Shown here: piece after piece, positions 29,853-40,254 of the stretch
How positions within the stretch are numbered: the first letter of the stretch is position 1
Layout of the letters: the number at the start of each line of letters is the position of its first letter
Notes under the pieces: model-generated
What the model was told of the DNA's origin: nothing
What the model saw: only the letters and a program-made list of their open reading frames with translations
Databases searched by the model: none
Translations under genes and position numbers: made by a program
NCBI GenBank assembly: GCA_048941015.1
Contig: JBHLNZ010000019.1
Location: forward strand, 1 to 47,756
Reading direction: 5' to 3'
DNA from: Promethearchaeota archaeon
GTDB taxonomy: Archaea; Asgardarchaeota; Lokiarchaeia; Sigyniarchaeales; SOKP01
Length of the DNA: 47,756 bases

Positions 29853-31403
29853 CTATTTTAATTCTTTTTTTAAGATCTTACCCGTAGCGGAAGTAGGTAA
29901 AGAATCTGTTATTTCAAAATATTTTGGAATTTTATATTTAGCTAGCTTATCTGTCAAATATTCTTTAATTTCTTCCTTTGTTGTTATCATCCCAGGCTTA
30001 AATGTAATAAAAGCCTTTCCTACTTCTCCCCATTTTTCATCGGGTACTCCAATTACAGCAGCCAGGTCAATTGCGGGATGTTTAAATAATAACTCTTCAA
30101 TTTCAACAGGAAAAATATTTTCACCACCGCTAATATACATTTCTTTTCTACGGCCTACTATGTAATAAAACCCTTCTTCATCCTGCATTGCTAAATCACC
30201 TGTATGAACCCACCCATCAGGTTCAATTGTTTTTCTTGTCTCTTCTGGTTCATCCCAATATCCTGAAAAGATATGAGGCCCTTTTAAAAGTAACTCTCCA
30301 ACTTCTCCTTTCTTTACGTTAGCGTTTGTTTTAGTATCAATTATTTTCATATCGCAGTGTAGAACTGGTAGTCCAACAGAAGTAGGTTTTCGCTTAATTT
30401 CTTTCTCTGGTAAATAAAAATTATTTGGACCCACTTCAGTTAAACCATACCCCATTTTAAATAATTTACCTATTGCCCAATATTTTTCCATAATCGCAAC
30501 TGGACATGGGGCACCACCAGAAATAAAAATTCTTATTGAGTTAAAATTTGCAGAGGAGAATCGGGGTGTATTTGCCATCATATGAAACATAGTTGGAACC
30601 CCTATAACTATTGTACATTTTTCTTTTTCAATCACTTCAATAGTTTCTTCTGGATTAAAATCTCCCATTAAAATTGTTTTCGCTCCTAAATGAAAAAATG
30701 GGACTAATAAGACATTCCATCCCCCTGTATGAAATAAAGGAAATAAAAGTGGTTGTACATCGTTTGGTTCTAAGCTCCAAGAAAGAATTGTATTTATTGA
30801 ATTCCAATATAGTAGCCTGTGTGGTAATATTGCTCCTTTTGGGAGACCGGTAGTACCTCCAGTAAATAAAATTAGATAAGGATCTTCTATGTTTAATTTG
30901 GGGCGATCTATATCAGTATTAGACACTTTTTTCATTAATAATTCAGTTGTAGGATCATTATTTAAAGAAGTTTGACCCATCCCGATGTTCTCTTCAATTA
31001 TTCCCTTTTTCTTGATTTCAGATATAATGGACTCTAATTTTGGTTCGTAAAAAAAAATTGAAGGTTTTGTTTTCTTAATTAAATTTTCTGTCTCTACCGG
31101 AGATAACCTTACATTAAATGGAACAAAAATTGCTCCGATTTTTCCTGTGGCTAAAAAAAGATCGACACATTCGATTCTATTTGTAGAAAACATCGCAACT
31201 CGATCTCCTTTTGAAATTCCTTTATTTAAAAGAACACGGGCTAACTTATTGGCTCTAAGGTTGAGATCATTGAAAGAATATCGCTTATTTTGTATATTAT
31301 CATAAATTGCTTCTTTATTTGGGGTTAAAATTGCCCTTTTTCCTACCCAATCTCCAATCCAAGCAAATTCTTGTTCGATAGAAAAATCTCCTGCCTTAAA
31401 CAT
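29853..31403 (-). CDS. Long-chain acyl-CoA synthetase (AMP-binding enzyme)
   Basis: FTGGTTGLPKG, GYGLTE, TGD, GR.KEMYISGGENI, TGKI. Confidence 0.95.
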   Translation of the reverse strand: MFKAGDFSIEQEFAWIGDWVGKRAILTPNKEAIYDNIQNKRYSFNDLNLRANKLARVLLNKGISKGDRVAMFSTNRIECVDLFLATGKIGAIFVPFNVRLSPVETENLIKKTKPSIFFYEPKLESIISEIKKKGIIEENIGMGQTSLNNDPTTELLMKKVSNTDIDRPKLNIEDPYLILFTGGTTGLPKGAILPHRLLYWNSINTILSWSLEPNDVQPLLFPLFHTGGWNVLLVPFFHLGAKTILMGDFNPEETIEVIEKEKCTIVIGVPTMFHMMANTPRFSSANFNSIRIFISGGAPCPVAIMEKYWAIGKLFKMGYGLTEVGPNNFYLPEKEIKRKPTSVGLPVLHCDMKIIDTKTNANVKKGEVGELLLKGPHIFSGYWDEPEETRKTIEPDGWVHTGDLAMQDEEGFYYIVGRRKEMYISGGENIFPVEIEELLFKHPAIDLAAVIGVPDEKWGEVGKAFITFKPGMITTKEEIKEYLTDKLAKYKIPKYFEITDSLPTSATGKILKKELK

Positions 31404-31410
31404 ATTTGAT

Positions 31411-32649
31411 TCACCCTACAGCTCGATAGATTGGCCATTTCCTCCAAACATAAGCAAAGAGAATTTCGATCCAAAGAAACCATAAAGTAAAAGGAGTAGG
31501 ATTCATTCTAAAGAAGTTAGGATTGTCTCCAAATAGAAGTGGGGATAAAAGATAATATCCTAGAAAAGTTAATGTTCCAATTCCTATAACCATCAGAGAT
31601 CGGATTATGAAATTTTCCAATTGTGTATATTTTTTTGGCCAATTATCAAAAAAAAGCGATACAAGAACGACAGCACATATCAGAAAAATAGCATATGTTA
31701 TACTCATCATATACCACCCTTTAAATCGAGTAACAGGATCAGGTGGTATTCCACCAAACCTAGTAGTGCTTTGAATTAATACAAAGAAAGGATCGAAGAT
31801 CCCGGCAGCAATATAAGGACCAATTAACGAAAAAACAAGACCTAAAATAGTACATACTCCGAATGCTATCATTCCAATAAAAGGCTGTTTCCTAGCTAAT
31901 TTGCTCCATGGCCAATATTCATATACCATCAGAGTTAAGAGAGAAAAGAAGATTAACCATTGAGTCCAACCAAGAGAGAAAGCGTAACTAGGAAAAGCTG
32001 TAACGGGTTTAACCGCAGATGCTTCAGAAGTTGCAGTTCTTTCACCAGTAGGAAAAAATAATAGAAACCAAACGAGCAATGTTATCGCGTTGCCAATAAT
32101 CCAAACAATGATACCCCGTTTAGGTTGTTTTATCTTGAAAAAAGGCCAATACATTGTTCCCGCAACCCATAAAACGCCAAAAGAGAAACATGAACCGCTT
32201 AAGGCTCCAAATATTGATGCTCCTACAAACCACTTGATGTAAGGATCTGTTATTTCACTGCCATAGAACGTATTAAAAAGTGGTAATAATCCTAAAACGA
32301 AAATCACAATAATTATCGCATTAATAGCAGTCCCCACGAGTCCTACTTTCCATGGAGTACGAAACCAATTATAATAAGGCCAATTTTCAAACCAAATAGC
32401 CCAAACCACTCCAATCAAACCAAAACCACCAATAACAGTTGCCCATGCTGTAACTTCCATAACTACGTCTGGTGAATCAATTGGATTATGCCATCGTGGA
32501 TCAAAAAAGATTAACCATGTTATATAGCTTATAACAAATACTATTATAATTGAAAGTATACCAGCAATTGGTTGTTTATATCTCGCCATTACTATCATAG
32601 GAGCTTCTTCAGCAGTGGGAATTCCTACTTTTTCTCCAGCTAATGCCAT
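31411..32649 (-). CDS. About 10-TM putative permease with five internal repeats
   Basis: Recurrent x-W-P...(K)QP..G motif; GGTGA SD-like motif; apparently co-transcribed with the ligase and FabH-like genes. Confidence 0.7.
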   Translation of the reverse strand: MALAGEKVGIPTAEEAPMIVMARYKQPIAGILSIIIVFVISYITWLIFFDPRWHNPIDSPDVVMEVTAWATVIGGFGLIGVVWAIWFENWPYYNWFRTPWKVGLVGTAINAIIIVIFVLGLLPLFNTFYGSEITDPYIKWFVGASIFGALSGSCFSFGVLWVAGTMYWPFFKIKQPKRGIIVWIIGNAITLLVWFLLFFPTGERTATSEASAVKPVTAFPSYAFSLGWTQWLIFFSLLTLMVYEYWPWSKLARKQPFIGMIAFGVCTILGLVFSLIGPYIAAGIFDPFFVLIQSTTRFGGIPPDPVTRFKGWYMMSITYAIFLICAVVLVSLFFDNWPKKYTQLENFIIRSLMVIGIGTLTFLGYYLLSPLLFGDNPNFFRMNPTPFTLWFLWIEILFAYVWRKWPIYRAVG

Positions 32650-32802
32650 TTATTTCACCATATTGAAATTTTTATTTTTTAATTAAAATTTGATATTTTC
32701 TAATAAATTGGGTTATATTATTGAATTTTAGTTATTAAATATATTTGCTTTATGCTTATTTAAAATTAATTTTGAAAGAAATAACAAAAATAAAGTTGAT
32801 TT

Positions 32803-34008
32803 TTAGAGTTTAATTAATTCATATTCTATATTACCAATACCATTTTTACGAGCTGCATCAAATTGAACAGAAGGATTCACCAAACTCAATAATGCTTTGA
32901 ACTTTTCTACTCCTTGATATATTGGTGCCAACCAATTACCATCTTTATCCATTGTTGGAAGACCAGGGGCATTTATTTCAGCATCATAACATGCTTTATC
33001 AATTGCTACGGGATCAGAAGACCCATATATACCGAGATCAGGGACTACTGCCATTCCGGGATTTGGAACACAATCACACATAAGTGGGATATCAAGAGCA
33101 AAATTAATATATCGAATTTTTTCAGGTCCAAATGATTTAATTACCGCTGTAGCATTATCAATAAATCGCTCAACAAAAACATTAATCTCATTCATCTTGG
33201 GTGCTTTTATTGCTCGTTTTACTGGACATTTTTGAGTACATCGAAAACATCCAAAACATAAATTAGAATCAATTACAGCGGATTCACCCTCAATGCTAAT
33301 TGCATTTACAGGACAAGATTCTATACATTCTTGTTTGCATAGAGAAATATTACATCGTTTAGTATTTATAATTAAGACATTATCAAAATGAGCTAAGTGT
33401 TTGTTTCTTTTTGAAACTGTTCCAATTCCAAGTTGTTTTAATGCTCCACCAAATCCTGCTTGTGGATGGCCCTTAAAATGAGAAATAACAACCAATTTAT
33501 CATATTTATAGATCCCTTCTGCTACAGAAACATCTTCAAAATGAATTCCATTAATTTTAACTCTTTTATTATTTAACCCCTCTTCTCCATCGATGAACTT
33601 CAGTGGTGCTTCTACAATTTCTTCAGTGTAACCATGAAGCTGAGCAATTTTTTGATGGTCTACAGTTGACTTTCGATGACCTATACAAATGGAGTAATCT
33701 TCACATATATTTAATGTTTCGATGTTATTTCCTAAACCATGAGTTTCTACTAAAGTAGGGATTCCTCCTTTTGATCTGATAGCTCTAACGACTTCACGTA
33801 CGTAATCATGACGTAAATAACGAGTATTATGTGCTTCTCCTACATGAACCTTAACAGCAACTTTATCGTCAGCATCGATATTATTTAAAATTTTATCTAA
33901 AATTAATCTAGTCTTAACAAGATTATTTGTAACCATATTCTCTGCTGAATTTTTTAAGGAAGCAACCTCGATAGGAGACGCCCAATAGACTAATGATTTA
34001 TCTGACAT
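32803..34008 (-). CDS. DUF362 domain protein with 2x[4Fe-4S] ferredoxin insert
   Basis: VKVHVGE, SHFKGH..AGFGGALKQLG, C..C...C...CP and CFGCFRC...CP, CDC, S.DPVAID. Confidence 0.9.
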   Translation of the reverse strand: MSDKSLVYWASPIEVASLKNSAENMVTNNLVKTRLILDKILNNIDADDKVAVKVHVGEAHNTRYLRHDYVREVVRAIRSKGGIPTLVETHGLGNNIETLNICEDYSICIGHRKSTVDHQKIAQLHGYTEEIVEAPLKFIDGEEGLNNKRVKINGIHFEDVSVAEGIYKYDKLVVISHFKGHPQAGFGGALKQLGIGTVSKRNKHLAHFDNVLIINTKRCNISLCKQECIESCPVNAISIEGESAVIDSNLCFGCFRCTQKCPVKRAIKAPKMNEINVFVERFIDNATAVIKSFGPEKIRYINFALDIPLMCDCVPNPGMAVVPDLGIYGSSDPVAIDKACYDAEINAPGLPTMDKDGNWLAPIYQGVEKFKALLSLVNPSVQFDAARKNGIGNIEYELIKL

Positions 34009-34107
34009 TTCAATACAATTTCAAATTATTTTTTTATTATAGGAAAAATTTTGTAATATTAAAAAACCAATTTATTATTTTATATAATAAAAAAGAGATG
34101 ATAGATT

Positions 34108-35835
34108 TTGAGTGAAGAAAAAAAATCTTCAAGCTTGTTAGCAACAATACTCCTATTTCTCTTTATATTCACTATTTTTATTTCACTCTTAGCATGGATT
34201 ACTTATGGTACAGTCGAAGGAGTTATTGGAATGTTGTCTTATATAATAGTTGGATTGTTGAACTTTTATCCGTGGCTTATTCCGTTTGCTGGAATTCCTT
34301 TAGGTATTTTAGATGTCCTAAATATTTTTGGTGTTGGTATGTATGACCTAACTTTAAACTTTGCTCACTTAAATTCAAGTTGGATGGCAATTGCATGGTT
34401 TTGGATAATTTCTATTATAGGAAGTCTTATTAATATTTTCTTGATGTATCTTATAATTTCATGGATTGCGGGACGAAAGTACCGAAAGAAGGAACCTAAA
34501 AAAGATTTAGCGTTGATTAACTGCAATATAATTGATGGGAACAGAGAAAGTAGAGTAATTGAGAATGGAGTGATATTAATTAAGAATATAGTGGAGAAAG
34601 GAGAAGAAGCAGGATTAATTATTAAAGTTGGGAATGCTAGTGAAGTTCAAATTCCAGAAGGGTTTAAAAAAGTAGATCTAAAAGGATCATATGTACTTCC
34701 GGGATTAATAAATGCCCACTGTCATTTAACCGGTAGTGGAAAACCAACAACACTGATGAAGTTAAGCGATAAAAATATGATACGTTTAATAAAATTCATG
34801 GCAACGCCAATAGGAAAAATTATTTTAATGAAACTTATGAAACAAAATGCTTTAAATGCATTGAATGCTGGTGTAACAACCCTAAGAGCAATGTCAGATC
34901 CATTATATATTGATTTGAAATTGCGAGATCAGATTAAAGAAGGAAGGATCGTTGGTCCAAGACTTTTATGTGCTGGAAGGGGAATTTGCATTACAGGAGG
35001 CCATGGTTGGATGATGGCATTTGTAGCAGATTCCATACCTGAAATTAGAAAGGCGGTAAGACAAAATCTACGGATGAGAGTTGATCATATTAAAATTCTT
35101 TCTACTGGAGGGGTAATGGATGCCCGAAAAGTTGGAGAAGCTGGACGCCCTCAAATGACAATAGAAGAAATTGAGACTGCTTGTTTTGAAGCGCATAGAG
35201 GTGGCTTATTAGTCGCAACGCATTGTGAATCTACAGAAGGGATAAGAGAAGCAGTTCATGGTGGAGTTGATAGTATAGAACATGCCGCGGAAATTCCCGA
35301 TGATTTAATACCGCTAATTAAAAATAATCCCAAAAGTTTAAGAGGGTATACTGTCATTGTTCCAACTGTTTCTGCTGGGATGGGAATGGCTGTCTTACCA
35401 AAAGAAGAGACTAAGATCACACAGGAAAGTTTTGAAAATGCAATTATCATCGAAAAAGGAATGATTTCCGCCTTACAGAAAGCTTATAAAGAAGGTTTAA
35501 GGATTTCTTGTGGTACAGACGCATCAGTTCCTTACTCATTACAATATGAAGTATGGAAAGAATTAATGTATTACCTTAAATATACTGATATGAGTGCTCA
35601 AGAAGCGATTTATTTCGCTACTAAAGGTAATGCTGAAAACTTAGGAATAGATGAAATTACTGGAAGTATTGAAGTTGGAAAATTCGCAGATTTAATTGTT
35701 GTACCAGGTAATCCTTTAGAAAAAATAGAGTATTTAGGGGAAGTATCACAGGTAATGATAAAAGGATACTTAATCAAGAATCCAAAAGTTAAAAAAGCTA
35801 AGAAGTTAAAAGAGCTTGAACCTTTAGAATTATAA
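34108..35835 (+). CDS. Metal-dependent amidohydrolase (prolidase-like) with N-terminal membrane domain
   Basis: PGLINAHCH, GVTT.R, TGGHG, IKIL.TGGV, H, SIEH, GTDA; about 120-aa hydrophobic N-terminus. Confidence 0.88.
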   Translation: MSEEKKSSSLLATILLFLFIFTIFISLLAWITYGTVEGVIGMLSYIIVGLLNFYPWLIPFAGIPLGILDVLNIFGVGMYDLTLNFAHLNSSWMAIAWFWIISIIGSLINIFLMYLIISWIAGRKYRKKEPKKDLALINCNIIDGNRESRVIENGVILIKNIVEKGEEAGLIIKVGNASEVQIPEGFKKVDLKGSYVLPGLINAHCHLTGSGKPTTLMKLSDKNMIRLIKFMATPIGKIILMKLMKQNALNALNAGVTTLRAMSDPLYIDLKLRDQIKEGRIVGPRLLCAGRGICITGGHGWMMAFVADSIPEIRKAVRQNLRMRVDHIKILSTGGVMDARKVGEAGRPQMTIEEIETACFEAHRGGLLVATHCESTEGIREAVHGGVDSIEHAAEIPDDLIPLIKNNPKSLRGYTVIVPTVSAGMGMAVLPKEETKITQESFENAIIIEKGMISALQKAYKEGLRISCGTDASVPYSLQYEVWKELMYYLKYTDMSAQEAIYFATKGNAENLGIDEITGSIEVGKFADLIVVPGNPLEKIEYLGEVSQVMIKGYLIKNPKVKKAKKLKELEPLEL

Positions 35836-35858
35836 ATTTACTCTTATTTTTTTTTTTG

Positions 35859-36737
35859 TTAGCATATATTAAATTCTTCTTTTGTAAAACCCCATGAATG
35901 CAGAATCTCTTCAGCTTCATTCATAAGGTTTTCGATAAATGATTTTAAGGGAATAATTTCTTTTTGATATGCAATTGCGGGGGAAGGAACTCGAGTTGCA
36001 CCAAGAGTACGATGATATAATTGTCTATGATAATCTTCCGTCGTAATATCTGTATTTAACCATAAGTTTTTAGCACTCATCGGGACAGGGCTTTCCTCTG
36101 TTGTTAAGATTGCTGTTCCAAGGCATACCGCTTCTGCACCCATAGCTACAGCTCCGAGAAATCCACGAGCATTTCCAATTCCTCCAGCAGCAATTATTGG
36201 AATTGATAAAAATTTTTTTGCCATAGTTAAGTTTACTAAAGTAGTATGTTGGTAAGGATTTTTAAAACCAGCAGCTTCCATACCTATTATTGTTATTGCA
36301 TTCGCTCCCGCTCTTTCTGCTGAAATAGCATGCCTTAATAATGCACATTTGTGAAACCAATTACATCCAGCATCTCTTATTTTTTCGCCTAGATATGTTG
36401 ATTGATACGCAGAAGTAGTAAAAATGCTCACACCTTCATTGAGAGCAATCTCTAAGTAATCAAAGTAATCTTCTTTAGTTAAATTACCATTTATTAATCT
36501 TACACCAGGAGGTAAAACAGTTAAATTAACTCCAAACGGTTTATCTGTTAATGATTTCATTTTTTCTAATTGTTCCTTGAACCGATTGATTTTATAATTT
36601 AGAGCAGTAATAATACCTAAACCACCCGCATTAGAAAAGGATGCAGCAAATTCTGTTCTACCAAACCCTGCGAAAGCTCCCATAATTAAAGGATATTTAG
36701 TTTTTGTTAATTGCGTTACACGCGTGTTCCACATCAT
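35859..36737 (-). CDS. Nitronate monooxygenase / FabK-like FMN oxidoreductase
   Basis: SNAGGLG, TDKPFGVN, G.EAAG, PIIAAGGI, MGAEAV.LGT. Confidence 0.88.
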   Translation of the reverse strand: MMWNTRVTQLTKTKYPLIMGAFAGFGRTEFAASFSNAGGLGIITALNYKINRFKEQLEKMKSLTDKPFGVNLTVLPPGVRLINGNLTKEDYFDYLEIALNEGVSIFTTSAYQSTYLGEKIRDAGCNWFHKCALLRHAISAERAGANAITIIGMEAAGFKNPYQHTTLVNLTMAKKFLSIPIIAAGGIGNARGFLGAVAMGAEAVCLGTAILTTEESPVPMSAKNLWLNTDITTEDYHRQLYHRTLGATRVPSPAIAYQKEIIPLKSFIENLMNEAEEILHSWGFTKEEFNIC

Positions 36738-36762
36738 TTTAAACTACCCTTCTCAATTTAAT

Positions 36763-37620
36763 CTATAAATTTAATAACTTTTCAGCATTTTGATAAAGAA
36801 TTTTATTTTTAAAAGCATCTGAAATGGGGAGAGCTTTTACAGCTGGAACAATTTTATTCCAGTGAATTAAAGGATGGTCAGATCCAAATAATACTTTATC
36901 CTCAATCTGATATTTAGTATATGCATCCCATGGAAAATGATTATATAGGTTATAATGAGCAGAAATATCAACATAAACATTTTGATGCCTTAAAACTGCC
37001 GAATATGTATCCCAAAACCAAGGAGTTCCCATGTGACCAATAATTATTTTTAAATCTTCATGTCTCATAGCTAACTCGTCAATTAACATAGGATGTCCAT
37101 ATTTAGCAACAGAACCTGCTGTCGAAACTTGATGACCTCCGTGACTCCATACGAGAATATTGAGATCTACCATTTTCTTCCATAAAGGATCATACTTCTT
37201 ATCTGAAATATCGAACTTTTGTACAGGAGGTACAAGTTTAATTCCCTTTAAATTCAAAGATTCGATTGCGTATTCTAATTGGTCCATAGCATCTGGAGCG
37301 GGAACATCAACACAGCCAAATCCAATAAATCTGTCAGGGTAAAGACTTTCAAATTTAGCAATATCTTCATTTGTAACCAACTTTACACCATACGCAGTCT
37401 TGATGTTAAAAGCTACAATTACCGCTTTATCTATACCAAAATCATCCATTAGTTTGATAAACGTTTCAATTGAAATCTTTGTTTTCACAACCTTCATAAA
37501 ATTAGTCCATAATCGACGACTTTTTTTATTTGAACCGGCAAATGCATCAATAATTTCTTTATCGGTATTCTCCCATGTAGCTTCTTTACAAACGGGATGA
37601 ACATGCATATCAATGATCAT
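36763..37620 (-). CDS. Amidohydrolase_2 family metal-dependent hydrolase
   Basis: IIDMHVH, GIKL.P, H, GHMG, VYVDIS, LFGSDHP. Confidence 0.9.
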   Translation of the reverse strand: MIIDMHVHPVCKEATWENTDKEIIDAFAGSNKKSRRLWTNFMKVVKTKISIETFIKLMDDFGIDKAVIVAFNIKTAYGVKLVTNEDIAKFESLYPDRFIGFGCVDVPAPDAMDQLEYAIESLNLKGIKLVPPVQKFDISDKKYDPLWKKMVDLNILVWSHGGHQVSTAGSVAKYGHPMLIDELAMRHEDLKIIIGHMGTPWFWDTYSAVLRHQNVYVDISAHYNLYNHFPWDAYTKYQIEDKVLFGSDHPLIHWNKIVPAVKALPISDAFKNKILYQNAEKLLNL

Positions 37621-37765
37621 TTCAAAGTTCCTCTTTAAGTAATTAAGAAAAATTAACTAATAAGAAAAAAAATTTGAAACAAAATAATAATTATTCTATT
37701 CTATCATTTATTAAGGTTTTATTCGATTAGAAAATTTCTAATAACTCAAGGAATAAAATTAAAAA

Positions 37766-38464
37766 TTAACAAGTTGATTTCTCAACTTGATTATAGAAAT
37801 TTGCTATACCTTTTCTTAAAAACTCGCTTTGTTTTCTTATATTTGCTTGCTCTTCATCTTCGAAGGCCTTTATCTCTTCAATATATAACGCTTTAAAGAG
37901 ATTTTTATTATTTTTTAATTTTGATGTGAATTCAGTACAGAGCTTATAAATTTCTAGTTCTATTTCTCGAGTTATCATAGTATTTAGGATAATAACTAGC
38001 ATTATCATCTCCTTATTTCCATGAGCCCATTCCGAAGGGATCTCAAAATAATAATTTAATGAATTTAATAGGCTGGATTGATAAATAATATAACTTTCAT
38101 TTACACTTTTAACCATTGCTTCAGAAATTTCACTTTTCTTACTCATCCAAACTTCAATTATTCTTTCTTTCTCAATCGCATTCAGAGCATCGTCAGGATA
38201 GGAATAAAACACAATAGGACCAAGTTTTCTATGAAAGTAGCTTAAAGATACAGAAGACTTAGCAGCTATTTTTGCTTCAGGAATTATTATTAGACTATAA
38301 ATTATTTCAGGATTTAAGACCTCATCATCAAGATATACCTTACTTATTGGAAATTTAGCTCCATTCTTATGAACTCTTAACGACTGATGACGTAAAGTTA
38401 TACCACCATACTTTTTAGCTTCTATTATTATATCTCTTCTACTTTTTTCATTCATAATTTCCAT
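37766..38464 (-). CDS. Hypothetical protein with longin/uDENN-like domain
   Basis: SYFHRKLGPIVFYSYP and YYFEIPSEWAHG.KE motifs; ATG at 38464 preceded by GGGAGA. Confidence 0.55.
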   Translation of the reverse strand: MEIMNEKSRRDIIIEAKKYGGITLRHQSLRVHKNGAKFPISKVYLDDEVLNPEIIYSLIIIPEAKIAAKSSVSLSYFHRKLGPIVFYSYPDDALNAIEKERIIEVWMSKKSEISEAMVKSVNESYIIYQSSLLNSLNYYFEIPSEWAHGNKEMIMLVIILNTMITREIELEIYKLCTEFTSKLKNNKNLFKALYIEEIKAFEDEEQANIRKQSEFLRKGIANFYNQVEKSTC

Positions 38465-38661
38465 AATTAATTCTCCCAATATTATTATTGAAATGTTGAT
38501 ATTTAAATATATTGTTATTTTCTTGGGGTAAATACTGAACAATTTGATGAACAGTTTCAGAAAAATCAAGAAGTTCGATATTCTTTAAATCAATTTGTAT
38601 TAGAAATGGAAAAAAAAGTATAGAAAAGAATTTGGAAGGACGTTAAGGAAGGTATGTTAAT

Positions 38662-40005
38662 CTATAAATAGTTATCAATTGTTCTTTGAGTCTTTATGAA
38701 ATTGATTAATTTGCTACTCTGTCTCCAGTACTTATAATCAACCATAAAGCCTTCTGTCATTTTCTGAATCGCGTCATCAAAATTATCTAGAATAATAGGT
38801 TCATGAGCAGGATATTTTCGTTCCATCGCATTCTTGACAGTCTCACGGATTACCCAAACCCCCAAGGGCACCACATATCCCCCAGAAACTTCTCGAAAGA
38901 TAAGAATTTCTGCTTGTCTTCCAATTTTATATAGATATTCACACACTTCCTTTCTTGCAGCATAATAAGCGCCTGTAATATTACTTGCATAATTTTTTCT
39001 TCCTTGATAAAATTCAAAATCTGTCATTATTTGAGGCTTAAGATTCCTATTATTACCATTTAATGAGATATTCCATAATGTATTTGGAGCCCAGACTTCA
39101 TTCATTTCATAAGTAAATTTTCCAGGGAAGAGTAGTATTTTAAAGTGATTATCTAAGTATGTACTTTCAAATATTTGATAATCATTAATCTCTGGAAATT
39201 TCTTTATCTCTTTAATCAAGGCTTTAGATATTATATCATCAACAGCAGTAATTGACCACCTAGTTGGTACTAATCTACGATTACTTTTCTTTCCAAGTAA
39301 TCCTGCTGAAAAAACTCTCTTAATTGTAGATTGTGGTACATTTCCTTTAAAGTAAAGATATTCTGATACCGCCTCAGTTGCTTTAAGATCGGTATCTGAT
39401 ACACAATAATCAACTTTTGGGTGAACTTTTACGTTTTCAGTAATTCTTATTTTTTCTGTCATTCCAGTTGGACCAATAGGAGGAGCATGATTATCCATCA
39501 TCATTCTAAGATTCATTTTTTCGAGTTTAGTTTCTGTATCTACTGGACGAGCTGCCATAGCTAGTTCTTGAGAAGATTCTAATAATTTTTGTACTTTAAT
39601 CGGAGGTGTATTCTTTCTTGAGGTACGCCCTATACGAACATTTGTTTTAAAGTTGTTTCTCACTAAACTACTTCTATATCGAACGATATCAATCATCTTT
39701 TTGCCGAACCAAAGTTCAGGAGCATCAAGAACATAATTATCCGATACATTTAGATTTAATTCAAATTCTTGGTAAGGAACTAAAGGTCCTAAATAGACAT
39801 TTGGATAATTGAAGTGTCCAACAAAAACTCCAGGCGGACTAGCCCCAAAAATTTCAATATCTCTTATAGTTTTATCAAATTCAAAAGGAACTAACGATTT
39901 TAAAACAGATTTCTTTAATAAAATAGGACAAGTTTTTTTACCACATAATAATCTTGCTCCTTTGCAACGGAGGCAAATGTTTTTTTCTGTCGGCGGCCGA
40001 ACCAA
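38662..40005 (-). CDS. nreA: Nre family archaeal DNA repair protein
   Basis: C..CKG...LCG...CP, GASPP.VFVG..NYP, LVPTRWSITAVD, GAYYAAR, PLGVWVIRE, C-terminal PIP box QRTIDNYL. Confidence 0.93.
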   Translation of the reverse strand: MVRPPTEKNICLRCKGARLLCGKKTCPILLKKSVLKSLVPFEFDKTIRDIEIFGASPPGVFVGHFNYPNVYLGPLVPYQEFELNLNVSDNYVLDAPELWFGKKMIDIVRYRSSLVRNNFKTNVRIGRTSRKNTPPIKVQKLLESSQELAMAARPVDTETKLEKMNLRMMMDNHAPPIGPTGMTEKIRITENVKVHPKVDYCVSDTDLKATEAVSEYLYFKGNVPQSTIKRVFSAGLLGKKSNRRLVPTRWSITAVDDIISKALIKEIKKFPEINDYQIFESTYLDNHFKILLFPGKFTYEMNEVWAPNTLWNISLNGNNRNLKPQIMTDFEFYQGRKNYASNITGAYYAARKEVCEYLYKIGRQAEILIFREVSGGYVVPLGVWVIRETVKNAMERKYPAHEPIILDNFDDAIQKMTEGFMVDYKYWRQSSKLINFIKTQRTIDNYL

Positions 40006-40078
40006 TCTTTTCTCTCTCGATTTAGGGCTTTACTAAAATAAAGTTAATGTTTCTAACTATAAATAAAGTATCAGAGTT

Positions 40079-40120
40079 TAAATTTTTAATATTTATAGAA
40101 AAAATAATATAAATTTTTTT
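40079..40120 (+). repeat. 42-bp direct repeat, copy 1
   Basis: TAAATTTTTAATATTTATAGAAAAAATAATATAAATTTTTTT; 41/42 identical to 41927..41968. Confidence 0.85.
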
Positions 40121-40254
40121 TCTCATGTATTTTGATCAATTCCGTCTTTTGGGCAATAACTAGACATTATATTCAAAATTCTAAAAAAACAATACGATAA
40201 ATAGAAAGTTCGAAAGTATAACTATTAATTAAAAACATATTTATATTAATTATA

